DNA from: Azolla caroliniana
Taxonomy: Eukaryota; Plantae; Polypodiophyta
Direction of reading: 5' to 3'
Assembly (NCBI GenBank): GCA_043228905.1
Contig: JBHGNT010000017.1
Location: forward strand, 15,500,001 to 15,564,000
Length of the DNA stretch: 64,000 bases
This document shows positions 38,206-51,150 of this stretch, piece by piece. A program made the position numbers and the translations under genes. Each line of letters opens with the position of its first letter. The stretch's first letter is position 1. The notes under the pieces are model-generated. The model was not told the origin of the DNA. It did not search any database and was given only the letters and a program-made list of their open reading frames with translations.

Positions 38206-41200
38206 GCGGGACCACGGGGGTCTTGGACTAGGGAGCGACGGAGCGTAGGAAGTCGTGCTTCACGGCTTTTGGGGCATCTCAGAAACACACCGGAAGCAAC
38301 TGAAGGGAGAGAGAACGAGAGAGAGAGAGCGTGCTTAACACCGACTCACGCACACACACACACACACACACACACGCACGCACGCACACACAGCCCGACC
38401 CGACTCACGCCCTTATGTACAGGAAACGCAGGGAAGGAGTGGAGCACCCGACACCAACAAGACGCCAATATACACAGACAGACGCAAACGTATATGTATA
38501 TATATATAAGGAGAATACAGTCCCGTCTTCGAGCCGGGCTGAGGTAGGTTACAGTAGTCGTCTGCTGCCAAGCCGCCGTCAGGGAGCTCACGGGCTCGTC
38601 GCGCCGAGCGGGGTCTTGCGCAGGAGATGAGCTGAAGCAAACCCTAAGCGAACACGAAGGGAAAGAAGAAGAAGCAGAAGAAACCTAACCCTAAACCTAC
38701 CGGTATACCCTCTAAATGCAAAAATGGGCAACCCTTTTACAAAGGGCGTTCCCTCCCTTTTATAGAACAAGGAGAGGGACGCAATACAATGTGGGACAAA
38801 TCCCGACTTTCATGGGATCGTCTGTCCCGACTTGACTACTCTTCGGCGCCATAAAGGCGCCCTCGATATTCACACCAAATGTACATGGGTGCGTACACAT
38901 GCTGCACCCCGCCGATGTAGACAATGTTTCCCAGTTTTCGCCTATGGCCGAAATTCTTACGACATCCGCCCCCACCTAACTGCACGTCCACCGGTACGTG
39001 CCAAATCTGGCTGAAGGGTGAGAGATTTCGGCCGGCGAGAAACCGGTCTCCCGTGATCCGCATCTCGGCTCGCTGCCGGTTTGATCCGGCAGCTTCAAGT
39101 CTTCCTTCGCGCTCGCCTCCCTGTAGGCTCGTTCGATCCATCGATGGGTCCTTTGCCGTGATCTCCGTAGCACTCGTTCTTCCGTTGGCCCTTGTTCGGC
39201 CGTATGAACGCCTCGCTTCCCGCCGTATGCCCGATGTCCTCCGCTAGAGGAATGCCCATGGCAGCCCGCTTGGCCTCCGTTGTCGAATCGTGATGTCCCG
39301 ATGGTGTTTCGCGTCGCCTTCGTCCTTCCGCCGCCACCTTCCTTCTCCATGGTCTTACATCGCCTCGTCGGCTCGAACTGCCATGGTCTCCGGAACGGTG
39401 TGGAGGATCCCTTTCTGACGTTCTCTACGCTCGCCTTTCCGCTTCGGCACCTCCGTGTGCCATGTACTCTCACCCGTTGTTTGGCACAGCCTATGTCGCA
39501 CTCCGGTTTATTGCACGCCTCATCGGCCCCTTTCCGGCCAGATCGTGCATCGCCGCTCACACGCATACCGGTGTCCTCTGCATCCGAGGAACACCCCGTA
39601 GTAGCCCGCTTGGCCCTTCCCGTCTTCGTGCTGCTGCAACAGGTCCTGAGTCTTCCGCTTGCCGTTGTCCCCTCGCCCCCACCAGCTTGTCACCCCGGCT
39701 TGCCGTGTCAGTCTTTGTTACTTCGACGGAGCTACCGAGATCTACGAAGCGAGTGTGGAGGATCCTCCTCCGGCCTCTCTTGCCATCCTGACTCCGACCC
39801 TGTGCAGTCCACTAGGCACTTGTCACCTTGTTCCCGGCACCTCCCTTGTGCCGTCTTCCGCTTCCTTCGTTCAGCCCCACCCGCGCCGAACACCGTCCCG
39901 TAGTCACGCTTCGATCCGGCCCGCGATGGCCATTTGCGAGACTCTTGTTCTGTTCTAGGTGTGCCTTTCCAGCCCAACACACCTCTCCGTGTTTGCCCCT
40001 ACCGGCTCCTTCCGAACCTCGTGTCGTCGGGTCCCGTTCCCTGCCGCCACCGTCCTTCTCCCTCGGTCTTACGTTGCCACGTTGGCCGAACTGCCGGAGT
40101 CTCCGGATCAGTGTGAGGGTCCCATAGGACCGGACTCCGTTTCTATGCTTGCCGAAAGTCGGGTGTCTTTTGTTTGAGTCCCTCCCGGACTCTCCTCGTG
40201 CCTTCCGCGTAGCCGGGTCCCGTTTCCCGCCGCCACCAACCTTCTCTCATGGTCTCATGTTGCCTCGCCGTCACCGTCAGTATCTTGGTCTTACGTCGAC
40301 CGCGTTGCCGACTGCCAAAGTCTCTAGTACCGGTGTGAAGGATCCTCCATAGGCCTCCCCGATTTGTTTTCCCGACCCTGTCCCGGGTCGTCCTTTTCCT
40401 CATGCCGAGAGGGCGGTTTACTCCGCACCCTCTCCCGTGGTACCGACGTACCGTGTCCTCGGCCTCTTCTTAGGCCTGCTCTCTTCCTCCCTCCCGGAAT
40501 GGTTATCCGGGAGTCCGCTCCGCCCGGTTCTCGTCCGTAATCTCGACCTTCGCCCGGTCGGTCTTTCTCCCCATTTAAAAGAGGGCGGCTCGTCCCACAC
40601 CCCCTTCCGTATCGGCACTTTCATGCCGACTCCGGCCCCGATCGAACGATCCACGACCGGATTACGCTCCACCCGTATCGGAATGCCGATCTTCTCGTGC
40701 CGCGTTCGTCCTCGGCCTCCTCGCAGGTCGTTTCCCATCCGACTTCGCTGGCATCGTGCCAGGACTCCTCGGTACCGCCATCCATCTCCTCGGTCTTACA
40801 TGGGCATACGGGCCCAAATGCCGAGTTCTCCGGAATCGGGTCCGTGGGCTTTCGTCCGCTCTTTCCCCGTATCGTCTCGCCGGTGATTCTTGGCCTTTCG
40901 CCGCCGCCTTCCTCCGCTTGGGACTCACGTGGGCACTTGGGCCCGACTGCCATTGTCTCGGGAGCAAGTGTTGGAAGACACAAGGAATCGCCCGTTCGTT
41001 CTTCGCCCTTGTCCGTAGCCACCGACTCTTCGTGGTCGGCGGTCTTCTTCTTACCGATCGCGCATGCCCCGTCTGGGCTTGCTTCTCCAATGCCCGGGAT
41101 CTCGGGCTGACACGCCCGAGACCGCTGGTCCCAATGTTCCGGTTCCTCGATCGGTATCTCAGCCTCGTCCTTGGCCGTCCTCTTTCCACAAGTCGAGAGG

Positions 41201-43152
41201 GTCGCTCACTCTGCACCCTCTCCCACATCGTCGCCGTCGTGGTCGCCCGCCTTGCCGCCGCCACCGCCCGTCACTCTCGGTCTCACACCGGCTCTCGGGC
41301 CGGTTGCCGAAGTCTCTAGGCCCGGTGTGCGTAAGGTCGCGGCACCACCGCCCGTCTTCTCCCCGCTCGATGTTTCGGGCCTCCATGCCCGAACTCCCTC
41401 ATGTCCGCTCAAATCGGCGATCACCGCCTCACCGTCCCCGACCTCGTCCTCGGTCGTTCTTTTTCCGCATGTCGAGAGGGTGGCTCGCTCCGCACCCTCT
41501 CCCGTGGTACCGATGTACAATTCTCTTTCGGCCTCCTCATCCTCCGATCGCCTCCGACCCGACTCCATTATAAGCCCTTCTTCGGCTTCGATTTTCCCCT
41601 CTTCCTCAAGCATCGCTTTGAGAGCTTCGTACGCCTCCGCAATCCTGGCCCCTACGCCGACCCTTGCCGACTCTCTTTGCCGTCCGGCCTTTTCCCGCTG
41701 TGATGGCACGCCGTCGCGTACCTTCCTCTTAGCCTTCTCGGCTCGCTCGTTGTCTAGCCTTTGGCACACCCTTCCGACCTTCGACCAGTCCTCCGTAAGC
41801 CCATTCGCTCCATCATCGTCTTCGAGCTCAATCCCGATGGCTTCCCGTTCCGCTCGGTCGATCGATCTGACGAACAAAAGGACTTTGTCCGCCCCCACCA
41901 AACCTTGTTCTTGCTCTGGGAGCCGAGTAAGTCGTCGCTCGAACTCCCGGAACGCCTTCGTCACACCCCGGTGGGTCTTTGCCGATGATACCCACTGGTT
42001 GAAGTGGTGCCGTCCCTGGCTCTTCCGCCGTCCTCCGTATGTCTTCAGGAGCGCCTCCTCGAAGGCCTCCCACGAACCACGAGCCTCACGGAGCTCCATT
42101 ACTTCCGCATGCATCCGGACGGCTACGACCCGGCAGAAGAACTCCAGCCTCAACGCCTCGTCTACACCACGCTCTTCCATTTCCGCGTTGTAGGCTTCCA
42201 AGTAAGATGGGACTTTGTCCCCGTTGAAACGGCCGACTCTTTCGACCACTTGCCCAACCGCTTGTTGCGCTGCTTCTCGCCTCATCACCACTCGTGCCGA
42301 CTCCAACACTACTTCGGCCACCATCTCCGGAAGGTCGTTGTCTTCCGACTCCATCCTCCCTTGCCGCCTTTCACGTCGGGTTCACCAAAGATGTCGCGTT
42401 GTTACGCGCGTGCGTGGAGAAAGGCGGGACCACGGGGGTCTTGGACTAGGGAGCGACGGAGCGTAGGAAGTCGTGCTTCACGGCTTCTGGGGCATCTCAG
42501 AAACACACCGGAAGTAACCGCAGGGAGAGAGAGTGAGAGAGAGAGAGCGTGCTTAACACCGACTCACGCACACACAGCCCGACCCGACTCACACCCTTAT
42601 GTACAGGAAACGCAGGGAAGGAGTGGAGCACCCGACACCAACAAGACGCCAATATACACAGACAGACGCAAACGTATATGTATATATATATAAGGAGAAT
42701 ACAGTCCCGTCTTCGAGCCGGGCTGAGGTAGGTTACAGTAGTCGTCTGCTGCCAAGCCGCCGTCGGGGAGCTCACGGGCTCGTCGCGCCGAGCGGGGTCT
42801 TGCGCAGGAGATGAGCTGAAGCAAACCCTAAGCGAACACGAAGGGAAAGAAGAAGAAGCAGAAGAAACCTAACCCTAAACCTACCGGTATACCCTCTAAA
42901 TGCAAAAATGGGCAACCCTTTTACAAAGGGTGTTCCCTCCCTTTTATAGAACAAGGAGAGGGACGCGTTACAATGTGGGACAAATCCCGACTTTCATGGG
43001 ATCGTCTGTCCCGACTTGACTACTCTTCGGCGCCATAAAGGCGCCCTCGATATTCACACCAAATGTACATGGGTGCGGCGTATACACGCTGCACCCCGCC
43101 GATGTAGACAATGTTTCCCGGTTTTCGCCTATGGCCGAAATTCTTCACGACA
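38206..43152 (-). mobile_element. Non-autonomous Gag-only element D (Trp-primed gypsy lineage)
   Basis: LTRs 42392-43152 and 38206-38964 (outer ~32 bp deleted); PBS TGGTGAACCCGACGTGA at 42371-42387; hairpin and PPT at 38965-39001; flank ACGT; no PR, RT or INT motifs. Confidence 0.88.
41206..42354 (-). CDS. Gag-like ORF of element D (382 aa)
   Basis: VGRFNGDKVPSYLEAYNAEM...WEAFEEALLK...DKVLLFVRSID...GLTEDWSKV, homologous to the B, C and H gag. Confidence 0.75.
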   Translation of the reverse strand: MESEDNDLPEMVAEVVLESARVVMRREAAQQAVGQVVERVGRFNGDKVPSYLEAYNAEMEERGVDEALRLEFFCRVVAVRMHAEVMELREARGSWEAFEEALLKTYGGRRKSQGRHHFNQWVSSAKTHRGVTKAFREFERRLTRLPEQEQGLVGADKVLLFVRSIDRAEREAIGIELEDDDGANGLTEDWSKVGRVCQRLDNERAEKAKRKVRDGVPSQREKAGRQRESARVGVGARIAEAYEALKAMLEEEGKIEAEEGLIMESGRRRSEDEEAERELYIGTTGEGAERATLSTCGKRTTEDEVGDGEAVIADLSGHEGVRAWRPETSSGEKTGGGAATLRTPGLETSATGPRAGVRPRVTGGGGGKAGDHDGDDVGEGAE

Positions 43153-43328
43153 ACGTATGAACTAGACGATCCAAAAGAGAGGGATAACAATGCTCCAACA
43201 ATTAGGACTAAAGCTAGAATTTTGGGCCGAAGCATTGCAAACAACAGTTTACTTGATAAATCAAGTGTCAAGTGCCACATGCACTACGTGTTGAAAGCAA
43301 TCAAGCTTCAAGTGCCACAAGCACTATG

Positions 43329-45055
43329 TGTTAAGAAACCAATCGTAGACAGACGAACTAGATAGATCGAAATGTAAAGATAGGAAGCAAAAAAAACACA
43401 TAACAAAATGCACAGTGCACAATACGTTAACGTGGAAACCCTAAATAGGGGAAAACCAGGGGAGAATATATCTTCACTATAACAGTGGGTATATGAGAGA
43501 GAAAAAAACACATATTACAACCTCTATATAGCATATTATTCCCCTTAGGGTTCAAGTGACAAGTTCCTCTCAGACTATGTTTGCGTGCAAGCCCTCACGC
43601 TCTCACGTCTAACTTCTTCTCAGTTACAACCTTAGTTATGTTATGTTCTACCTACATTATGTTTTCCCTAGGTGTATTCATACTCATACATTGTATGGGC
43701 TATTTACAAATATAGTTGTTATTGTTATTATTATTAGATAATAATATTCCCAATTAATCTACTGACCAATCGACTACTATGTCAATTTTCCAGTCAACCC
43801 GACTAGCCGACTCCCATGTCGGCTATCTAGTTAGCATTCCCCCTTGACCTGGAGCATCCATGATGTAGTCGACTATGACAATCAACTCTCTATCTCCTTC
43901 AGGGTAGTCTATCACCCTGTCGACTCGTTGGTCGATCCGATCGACAATCCTGTGTTCGGCTTGTTGTTCGACCACCGACTTCTCTCATAGCTTCGACTGT
44001 AGAGTGCTCCCATAGGTGGGACATATTCCTAACAAACTCCCCCTTCATTCCTATGGGGAGGAGTCGGTCATTCCAATCATTTGTCGACGGACTCTGAGTT
44101 TGTCCATAGGTAGGTTCTTTGAGAGCATGTCGGATCCGTTGTCATTGATATGGATCTTCACAAGGGTAAACTCTTCCTCGTCCACCTTCTCTCACAACCA
44201 ATGATACCTTCTCTATATGTTCTTGGCCCGAGTGTGATATGCAACATTCTTGGCTAGATGTATGACACTCTGATTATCACATTGGAGCAATAATCTTTTT
44301 TTCTTCATTCCCAATTCACTAAGGAACTTCTTCATCCAAATCAGTTCCTTTCCGGCCTCTACCATCGCCATATATTCTACCTCTGTGGTCAACAGAGCCA
44401 CCGCCTTCTACAGTCTCGACTGCCATGACCTTGCTCCCCCTACATAGGTCATCACGTAGCCTCATGTGGATCGGCTTGAGTTTACGTCCCCCGACATGTC
44501 TGAGTCAGTAAACCCTTTGAGCATAGGTTTTCCGACACCATACCTTATGTATACTCTTGAGGTGCCTTTCAAGTACCTGAGTATCCATTTCACTGCTGCC
44601 CAGTGTTCTTTTCCTGGATTACTCATATTTCAGCTTACTGCTCCCACAACAAATGTTATGGCTGGTCTCATATAGACCATAGCATACATCAAACTGTCGA
44701 CAACTAATGCATAGGGTACTTCCCTCATCTCGACCTTTTCCTTCTCCCCTTTTGGGCATTGCTTGGCATTCAACTTGCAGTTTTTCGACAACATAGAGCC
44801 GACTGGCTTTCCTTCTGAATGTTTAACCTCTCCAAAATCCTTGTCACATATTTCTCTTGTGATAACCATATCACGTTCTTAGTTCTGTCCCGAACTATGT
44901 GCATTCCCAATATCTATTTAGTTGGTCCAAGATCTTTCATGGAAAACGATTTGCTTTCTTTAAGCTCATGATCTTCTTTGTGTCTTGTTCGACTATCAAC
45001 ATGCCATCCACATATATTAATAGAATCAAGAATTCACCTTCATCATACCTTATAA
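43329..45055 (-). mobile_element. Truncated copia F (3' LTR 43329-44034, PPT, RNaseH and partial RT)
   Basis: TGTTAAG...CCTAACA, PPT AAGGGGGAG; decayed ALLTTEVEYMA, CDNQSVIHLAKN, PYALVVDSLMYAM. Confidence 0.8.
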
Positions 45056-45057
45056 AG

Positions 45058-46251
45058 GCATACGACGTTGAAGATGACGGACTCTTCAAAAAATTTAGCC
45101 ACAAGTAAGATATCACCCAAGTTCTATACTACAATCTCTATTGCAGTGATGTGGTAGAGATGGTCCTGAAGCTGTCGAAGAAAGAGTACACACTCTTGAT
45201 CGTGGACATACCATACGACTTTCATATGGCAGGATCATCATACGAAGATGAACCGTTTCGGTTCAAACAGTTGGAAAAAATGGTCAAGGTCCTTGCGGAA
45301 TTGACAACATCATCCTTGTGGCGGATCATGTTCATGTTTCATTCGATGGATTAAGGATATTCTATGGCACAATTCTTGAGATCTCGATGTTGTGGTATCG
45401 AGAACCTCTCTTGGTAAGATTTGTATTTACATTGATCAGTTTTATTCAAAGGCCTTTCGACTGTTTCGATACAATTCTTATTATGGTTTTTATTTTTAAC
45501 TTTACTTGGCAGGATTAAGACCAATGTGAATAGAGGACCAACGTTTCGGTTCGTCAACACAATTGAATACCTCACAGTTGGTAATTTTGATGAAAATTTA
45601 TGAAAACAATGCATAAAGGAGCATTCAAATGAGGTTAGGGGTTCTAATCTGCTTGTTTATCCAGTAGTGACTCGTAAGTTGAGACATGTCACCACAACGG
45701 AACATGGTCTTGTCAATCCTTACCAGAAACCCCAAGTCTGATAATGCACCTTATCGAGAAGTTCTCAAGCGAAGGGGATTGGATATTGGACTTATTCTGT
45801 AGCATGGGTATGTTCGCCTTATTTTAATTGATCGTTATGGTATAGGATACTCGAAACTTCTTATGAAGCTAAGTCATTTCTTTACTATGTAACAGGTACA
45901 ACATCAACACGTGTGTTGAAACTCTTTCTCAATTCTATTGCATTGGAGAAGGATGAGGAACAAGTAAATTTTATAAACATGAGGATCAAAGCGTTGTGGG
46001 AATGCCTGGGTCAAGGTGAGGAGGTTGGGGCAAAGCACATCACCGATACTTAATGTTTTCAAACTGCTTCCCTTGAACCGATTCCTCCATTGGTTGGTGA
46101 ACTTGGGGATCTTCTTGAGCTAAATGATGAACTTTTAGAGGACCCCACCATTGCCAGCCTATCTGGAGCGAATTCCTATGCACATGATTTGGATGAGAGT
46201 CCTGAAAACAATGACGAGGAGAATGAACAAGATATCTTGATTGCCATGTAG
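45058..46251 (+). pseudogene. Intron-containing beta-class DNA amino-methyltransferase (N6_N4_Mtase-like) pseudogene; exons ~45058-45413, 45513-45807, 45896-46251
   Basis: Motifs in beta order: NLYCSDVVEMVLKL..YTLLIVDIPY (catalytic motif IV, 45205-45216); ENLSW|IKTN..RFVNTIEYLTVG; VNPYQKP; LIEKFSSEGDWILDLFCSM|GTT..LNSIALEKDEEQVNFINMRI (SAM-binding motifs I-II). The GT-AG introns 45414-45512 and 45808-45895 rejoin the W and G codons. Four in-frame stops and one frameshift. Confidence 0.85.
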
Positions 46252-47582
46252 ATTATGTAATGCCACCCCCTTTTTTGTAAAAGCATTTTGACACATTATA
46301 ATGTATCAAGCTTTCTTTAATTTAACCATTTTATTCTATTGTTTGAGTAATTCCTTCCCGGTGAACTCTTTTTTATACGTACAATGGCAAAATGGTATAT
46401 ACTGTTGTCTCTCGTTATAATAAGTTTTCTTCTAGACCGTGCATTGCCAATGTTTTGGTGTTCGAATATAGATACAAATTTACACATTTCGAATGTTTTG
46501 ATAACATTGGAGAGTTGTCAATTACACGTTGTAATGTAGTACACTAATGTTGCTTAAGGTCATGAATTCATGTTTAATGCACAGGATGGTTCTTCTTACC
46601 ACCATTGTATATTGCTTTCGTATTTAGATTTTGATCACCAAAGAGATTTAGACTGTTACATTGTTATAATGTTACATTGTTAGATTGTTGGACTCTACAA
46701 GGTTTACCTAATAAAATTTAGCCTAAGATCAATCACACACAAAGACCATATGGTAAAGTTGAGCTTGTGATGTTTAAGAACCACAAGTATTATTCAAGGA
46801 AGTTAAACTTTATCATATAACCACCATGGATTACATCTTCCAATTCAATATCAATTACTATAGATATCAAGTTACATGCCCGCACCTAAAACTCATCAGG
46901 ATTTTGTAGCTTGGATATCAAATGCTTATACCAAGTTGAACCATATGTTAAGAATATATACATTTTATATTTAGGTATCATCAATGTAAAAAGAACAACG
47001 TGCTGAAGCAACAGAAAACAAAACGTAGGAAAACACAGGTTTAATGGAGAGCTTGGACACACACACACAGTACGCGGGAGAGAGAGAGACAGAGAGAGAG
47101 CCAATACACACAACTCAATTAAAAAATAATACTCAGTCTGTACATAAGGATGTGCTCAATGAGCACTCTTATACAAGTCCATATGGTCTGATAGATGTAC
47201 TGACATGTACTTCAATATATACGCGGAATATATACTGACATGAGCTCTACACTAACTCCCAAAATATATTCCTACGCAGAATATCTTTCCAACGGCCTCG
47301 CGGTTTACGCACCGCTACGGCCTATTGTGCGCACAGTTTTACGCACCTAGTGTACGCACTGTGTTACGCACCCGATTATGCACCGAATGTTGAGCTTGTC
47401 TCTCAACACTCCCCCTCAAGCTAGACTTGAGGTTCCTTCCGCTCTTCTGAATCTACGCTCTGGTTCCTTCTGGCCTCACGCCTTGCTCGCGCTCCTCGAC
47501 CCGTTCGATTCGGCGTGCCTCGACCCTTCCGATCGGCTTGTTTGCTCATCCGGCCCTTCTCAGCTCCCTTGTTGTCGCGGTG

Positions 47583-49990
47583 TCAGCGCATCCTTCGCTG
47601 CCCTTTTCTTCGCATGGCCTTCATTTGATTCAGCGTATCCAAATTGAACACTTCCGATTCAATTCCGCTCTCATCCGAATTGACTGTCTCCAATTTGTCT
47701 CCTGTCTCTAGGCCTTTGACTACATTAGACCACGTCTTCGTCTTGGCCTTATCTCCTCTTGATTCGGCTGTTCTCGACTCTTTCCTACGATTATGGCCCT
47801 TGCTTCTTTCTTCGACTTCTTCAGCCGGTTCGAAATCGAATTCTTTGTTCAATTCCTCATCACAGTCACTTCCGCCGTGATGAACACCTTCGCTCCTTTC
47901 ACACTGTTGTTCGTGTTCTTCTTTTCTCCCCCTCAAGTTCGGCGTGTCGAGGTGACGCAACCCAAGCTCACTCGAGAAATGTCGTATCTTGTCGAGACCA
48001 AGAGGCTTGGTGAAGATGTCGGCAACTTGCCAAGTAGTCGGAACATGCACCAGTTCGACTTCACCTGAAAGGACCCGCTCGCGGACAAAATGGTAATGCA
48101 CCTCAATGTGCTTGGTCAGGACATGGAACATAGGGTTTTTCGCAAGGTGGATACTGTTGAGGTTGTCGCAATAGATCGTGGTTGGATCAGACACCTCTAC
48201 ATGTAGCCCCCGTAGTAGCCATTTCAGCCAAATGATTTCGCACGTACCAACAATCGCCCCTCGATACTCGGCCTCCGTGCTCGACAGTGCCACTGTCGGC
48301 TGCTTTTTGCTGCTCCACATGATCACCGCACTGCCCAGTGAGAATGCGTATCCAGATGTGGATCTACGATTGTGGGCATTTCCGGCCCAATCGGCATCTG
48401 TGTAGCCAACTAACTGTTCGGCTACGCCTGCTCGATATAGCAACGCCATGTCTTTCGTGCCGCTTACATATCGCAATATCCTTTGCGCACACTGACAGTG
48501 TCCGACCGTAGGCTGCGACATGAATTGACTGATCAGTCTGATCGGGTAACTAAGGTCTAGCCGAGTAATAGTCAAATAAATGAGGCTTCTGACAATCTGT
48601 CAGAACCGTGTCGGGTCGCACGCTTTTCCCGAATCTGGGCGAAGCTTCCTTCACGTTCCTATCCAGAGGGGTCGACATGGGCCTACAGTCTACCATCCCG
48701 AACTTGAAGAGCATATTCAGTGCGTAATGACGTTGGTTAATCAATATGCCTTCGGGGGTATGGATCACTTCGATTCTGAGGAAGTAATGAAGGTCTCCCA
48801 GGTCCTTCATGTCAAATGATGCCGCAAGCTGGAGCTTTACGCGGTCAGTTTCACTTAGGTCGGTGTCGGTGATGACCAAGTCATCAACATAAAGTAAAAT
48901 ACTAACCGGCCCGAGTCAGCCTTGCCGAATGAATAGTGAAGAATCCGATTTGGACGTCGCAAATCCCATCCGATGCAATCGTTGCGTGATTTTTGCGTTC
49001 CAAGCACGCATGGCTTGCTTGAGTCTGTAAAGGGACTTCTTAAACTGGCAGACCGCCGAAGTGTTCATTCCGGAGTGAAATCCGGGGGGTTGTACCATGT
49101 ACACCTTTTCCTCAAGCTAGCCTTGCATGAACGCATTCTTGACATCCATCTGACGTAAATGCCACCCCTTCGCCGCAGCTACCGCAAGCAAAACACAGAC
49201 GGTCGCCATCTTTGCGATCGGCGCAAACGTCTCATCGTAGTCGATGCCGTGTTGCTGCGCGTAGCCTTTCGCTACTAACCGGGCCTGGTACTGGTTGACC
49301 GAGCCGTCGGTGTTGTACTTGACCTTATACACCCACCTACATCCGATCGGTTTCACACCCTTCGGTGCGTCAACTAGGTCCCAGGTTTCATTCTCCGCCA
49401 ATGCGTGCATCTCTACCTCCATTATGGCACGCCAATTTGCATCCTTCGTCGCTTCTACATAGCTCTCCGGCTCACGCACTTCCGCTACACACGTATTGTA
49501 CGCATAGTGATACGCCATATACTCATTGTAACCGAACTGCACAACAGGATTCTTCTAGCAGGTAGATCAGCGTAATTGCTCATTAGCCGATGTTGAGGCT
49601 TTCTTGGTTGACGCGGACTTCGCTTTCGAAGGCCCGTCATCGCTCTTCTCGGAGTCGGATTCGCATCGATCCGAGTCGCCCTTATCCGTGGAATACTCTG
49701 GCATCTTCTTCTTCCCTTTTTCCTTGCGCATAAACCGTCTCCTCAGCTTCCTGCGCGGGGAATGCATGGCCGAGTCTCCACTACTCGCCGGCTCTGCTTC
49801 GAACTGGACAAACCAACCAAGTCGCTCGTTTGGTCCACTTAGCTGAAATGAAATCGGTCTCTCATTGAGGGTCTTGATTTCGTGGTCATCCGGAGGCATT
49901 TCAGCCTCGTTGACCTCATCGTCAGAACTCGGGTCCGGAGATCCGGAGTTGGAGGCAAGTACCAGAATGCAGACTCGTCAAATACAACAT
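47583..49990 (-). pseudogene. Copia G RT-RNaseH (decayed) with an acidic C-terminal extension
   Basis: CRWVYKVKY, QMDVKNAF, GYTDADWAG, WSSKKQPTVALSSTEAEY, TKHIEVHYHF. Confidence 0.88.
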
Positions 49991-51150
49991 TGAGGCTCAC
50001 GTTGTCGTGGAGAAAACCCCCCCTAGGAGGAATCAAAGGGGAGGAGGCGTGACCCAATCCTTTTCGCGCGCGTGTGTGTGTTTGTGAGTTGTACATAGTT
50101 AGGAATAGATCGGTTGATGTACATATGTACTAGGAAGGATATTAATTGTCTAGGGAATCGATGCGTATCTCTATCCGAAAGGACAGAGAATAAAGTTGAT
50201 GTGTTTTGATGTAGCGGCCTCCTCGACGACCTATAAAAGGGAGGGGAGAAGAAGAAGATAAGGGGCGTTTTTGGGCGAGGACGAAGTGCTGTCGGACTGG
50301 GGACTGAGCTCTCCCCTCCTCAACTGTTGCTCTCCAGTATGTTTCTGTGTCGGTTGCCTCTGCTGCGTGTAAGCCCCTATACTTCCAGCAGAGACTCCAC
50401 CGTGCGTTCTTTGTGTCATCCGTGTGTGTGCTTAAGACCTCCGTTTTGGGTCTGTTGCCGGTTTGCCGGTAGTAATTGTTGTTGACATTGTAATTGAATC
50501 TTCCGTTCCCGTCTCTCTCCCTGCGTTTCTGTGAATCACTCTCCCTCTTCTTTCTCACGCTCCTTGGTTCAGGGCCCCCGTGGTCCCGCCTCATTTCACA
50601 CGCGAGAGCATAATAACACAACATTATTTGGTGAACCCGACGTGAAAGAAGGTGGCAAAGGAGTTGAAGATGAGGGGATCCGAGCTTGTTGAAGCTATGG
50701 CACTAGCCATCGACCGGCTAGTGAGCGCTCGTGAGGGAATGGGTGCCCTTGATAGGGCCATAGAATCGATTGTTGGCACCATAGGCCGATTCGGTGGGAA
50801 GAATGCCACGAGCTATTTGGAGGCCTATCGGGCCGAAATGATCATGAGGGACATCTCGGAGGACAGGCGGCTGTCCGGATTCCCTCGAGTGGTGACGCCG
50901 AGCATCCACGCCGGATACAAAGATTTTCTTCGACTGTCGAAGCGGGACTTCATGGCTTGGGTTGAGAGCCCTGGGAAGGGGAGGAACACGTCAGTGCTCC
51001 TCCAGGAATTCCAACAACGGTTCAATCGTCTGTCGACGTTGGATCAGACCATGCTCGACACGAGCAGGGTCTTGCTATTTGTCAAGTCGGTGCACGCACT
51101 AGATCGGGAGAAGGTGGGTCTCCTGGTGGAGACAGATGAAGGCCTCACGG

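Larger units (their letters stand above)
11519..43328 (+). mobile_element. Old Ty1/copia host element K, fragmented by nested insertions; 3' half missing
   Basis: 5' LTR 11519-11879 (TGTCGAAT...ATCCAACA); PBS TGGTATTAGAGC 11882-11893; gag at ~33914-34580 (MASTSGSSEMSLRKFDGLNFDF.., LWKTLSDTYEKK..LYNLRMKE); integrase pieces at 37225-37720, 38162-38205 (IPYTPMQNAL) and 43153-43328 (FWAEALQTTVYLIN). Confidence 0.7.

Noticed and set aside
38976-41703. Many overlapping GC-rich ORFs as host genes
   Set aside because: They are shadow frames of the repetitive interior of element D.
45058-46251. MTase as cargo of copia F, or functionally linked to the CpG-targeting gypsy
   Set aside because: It is antisense to a truncated RT and retains introns, so the adjacency looks like a deletion junction; nothing in the sequence links it to the gypsy family.
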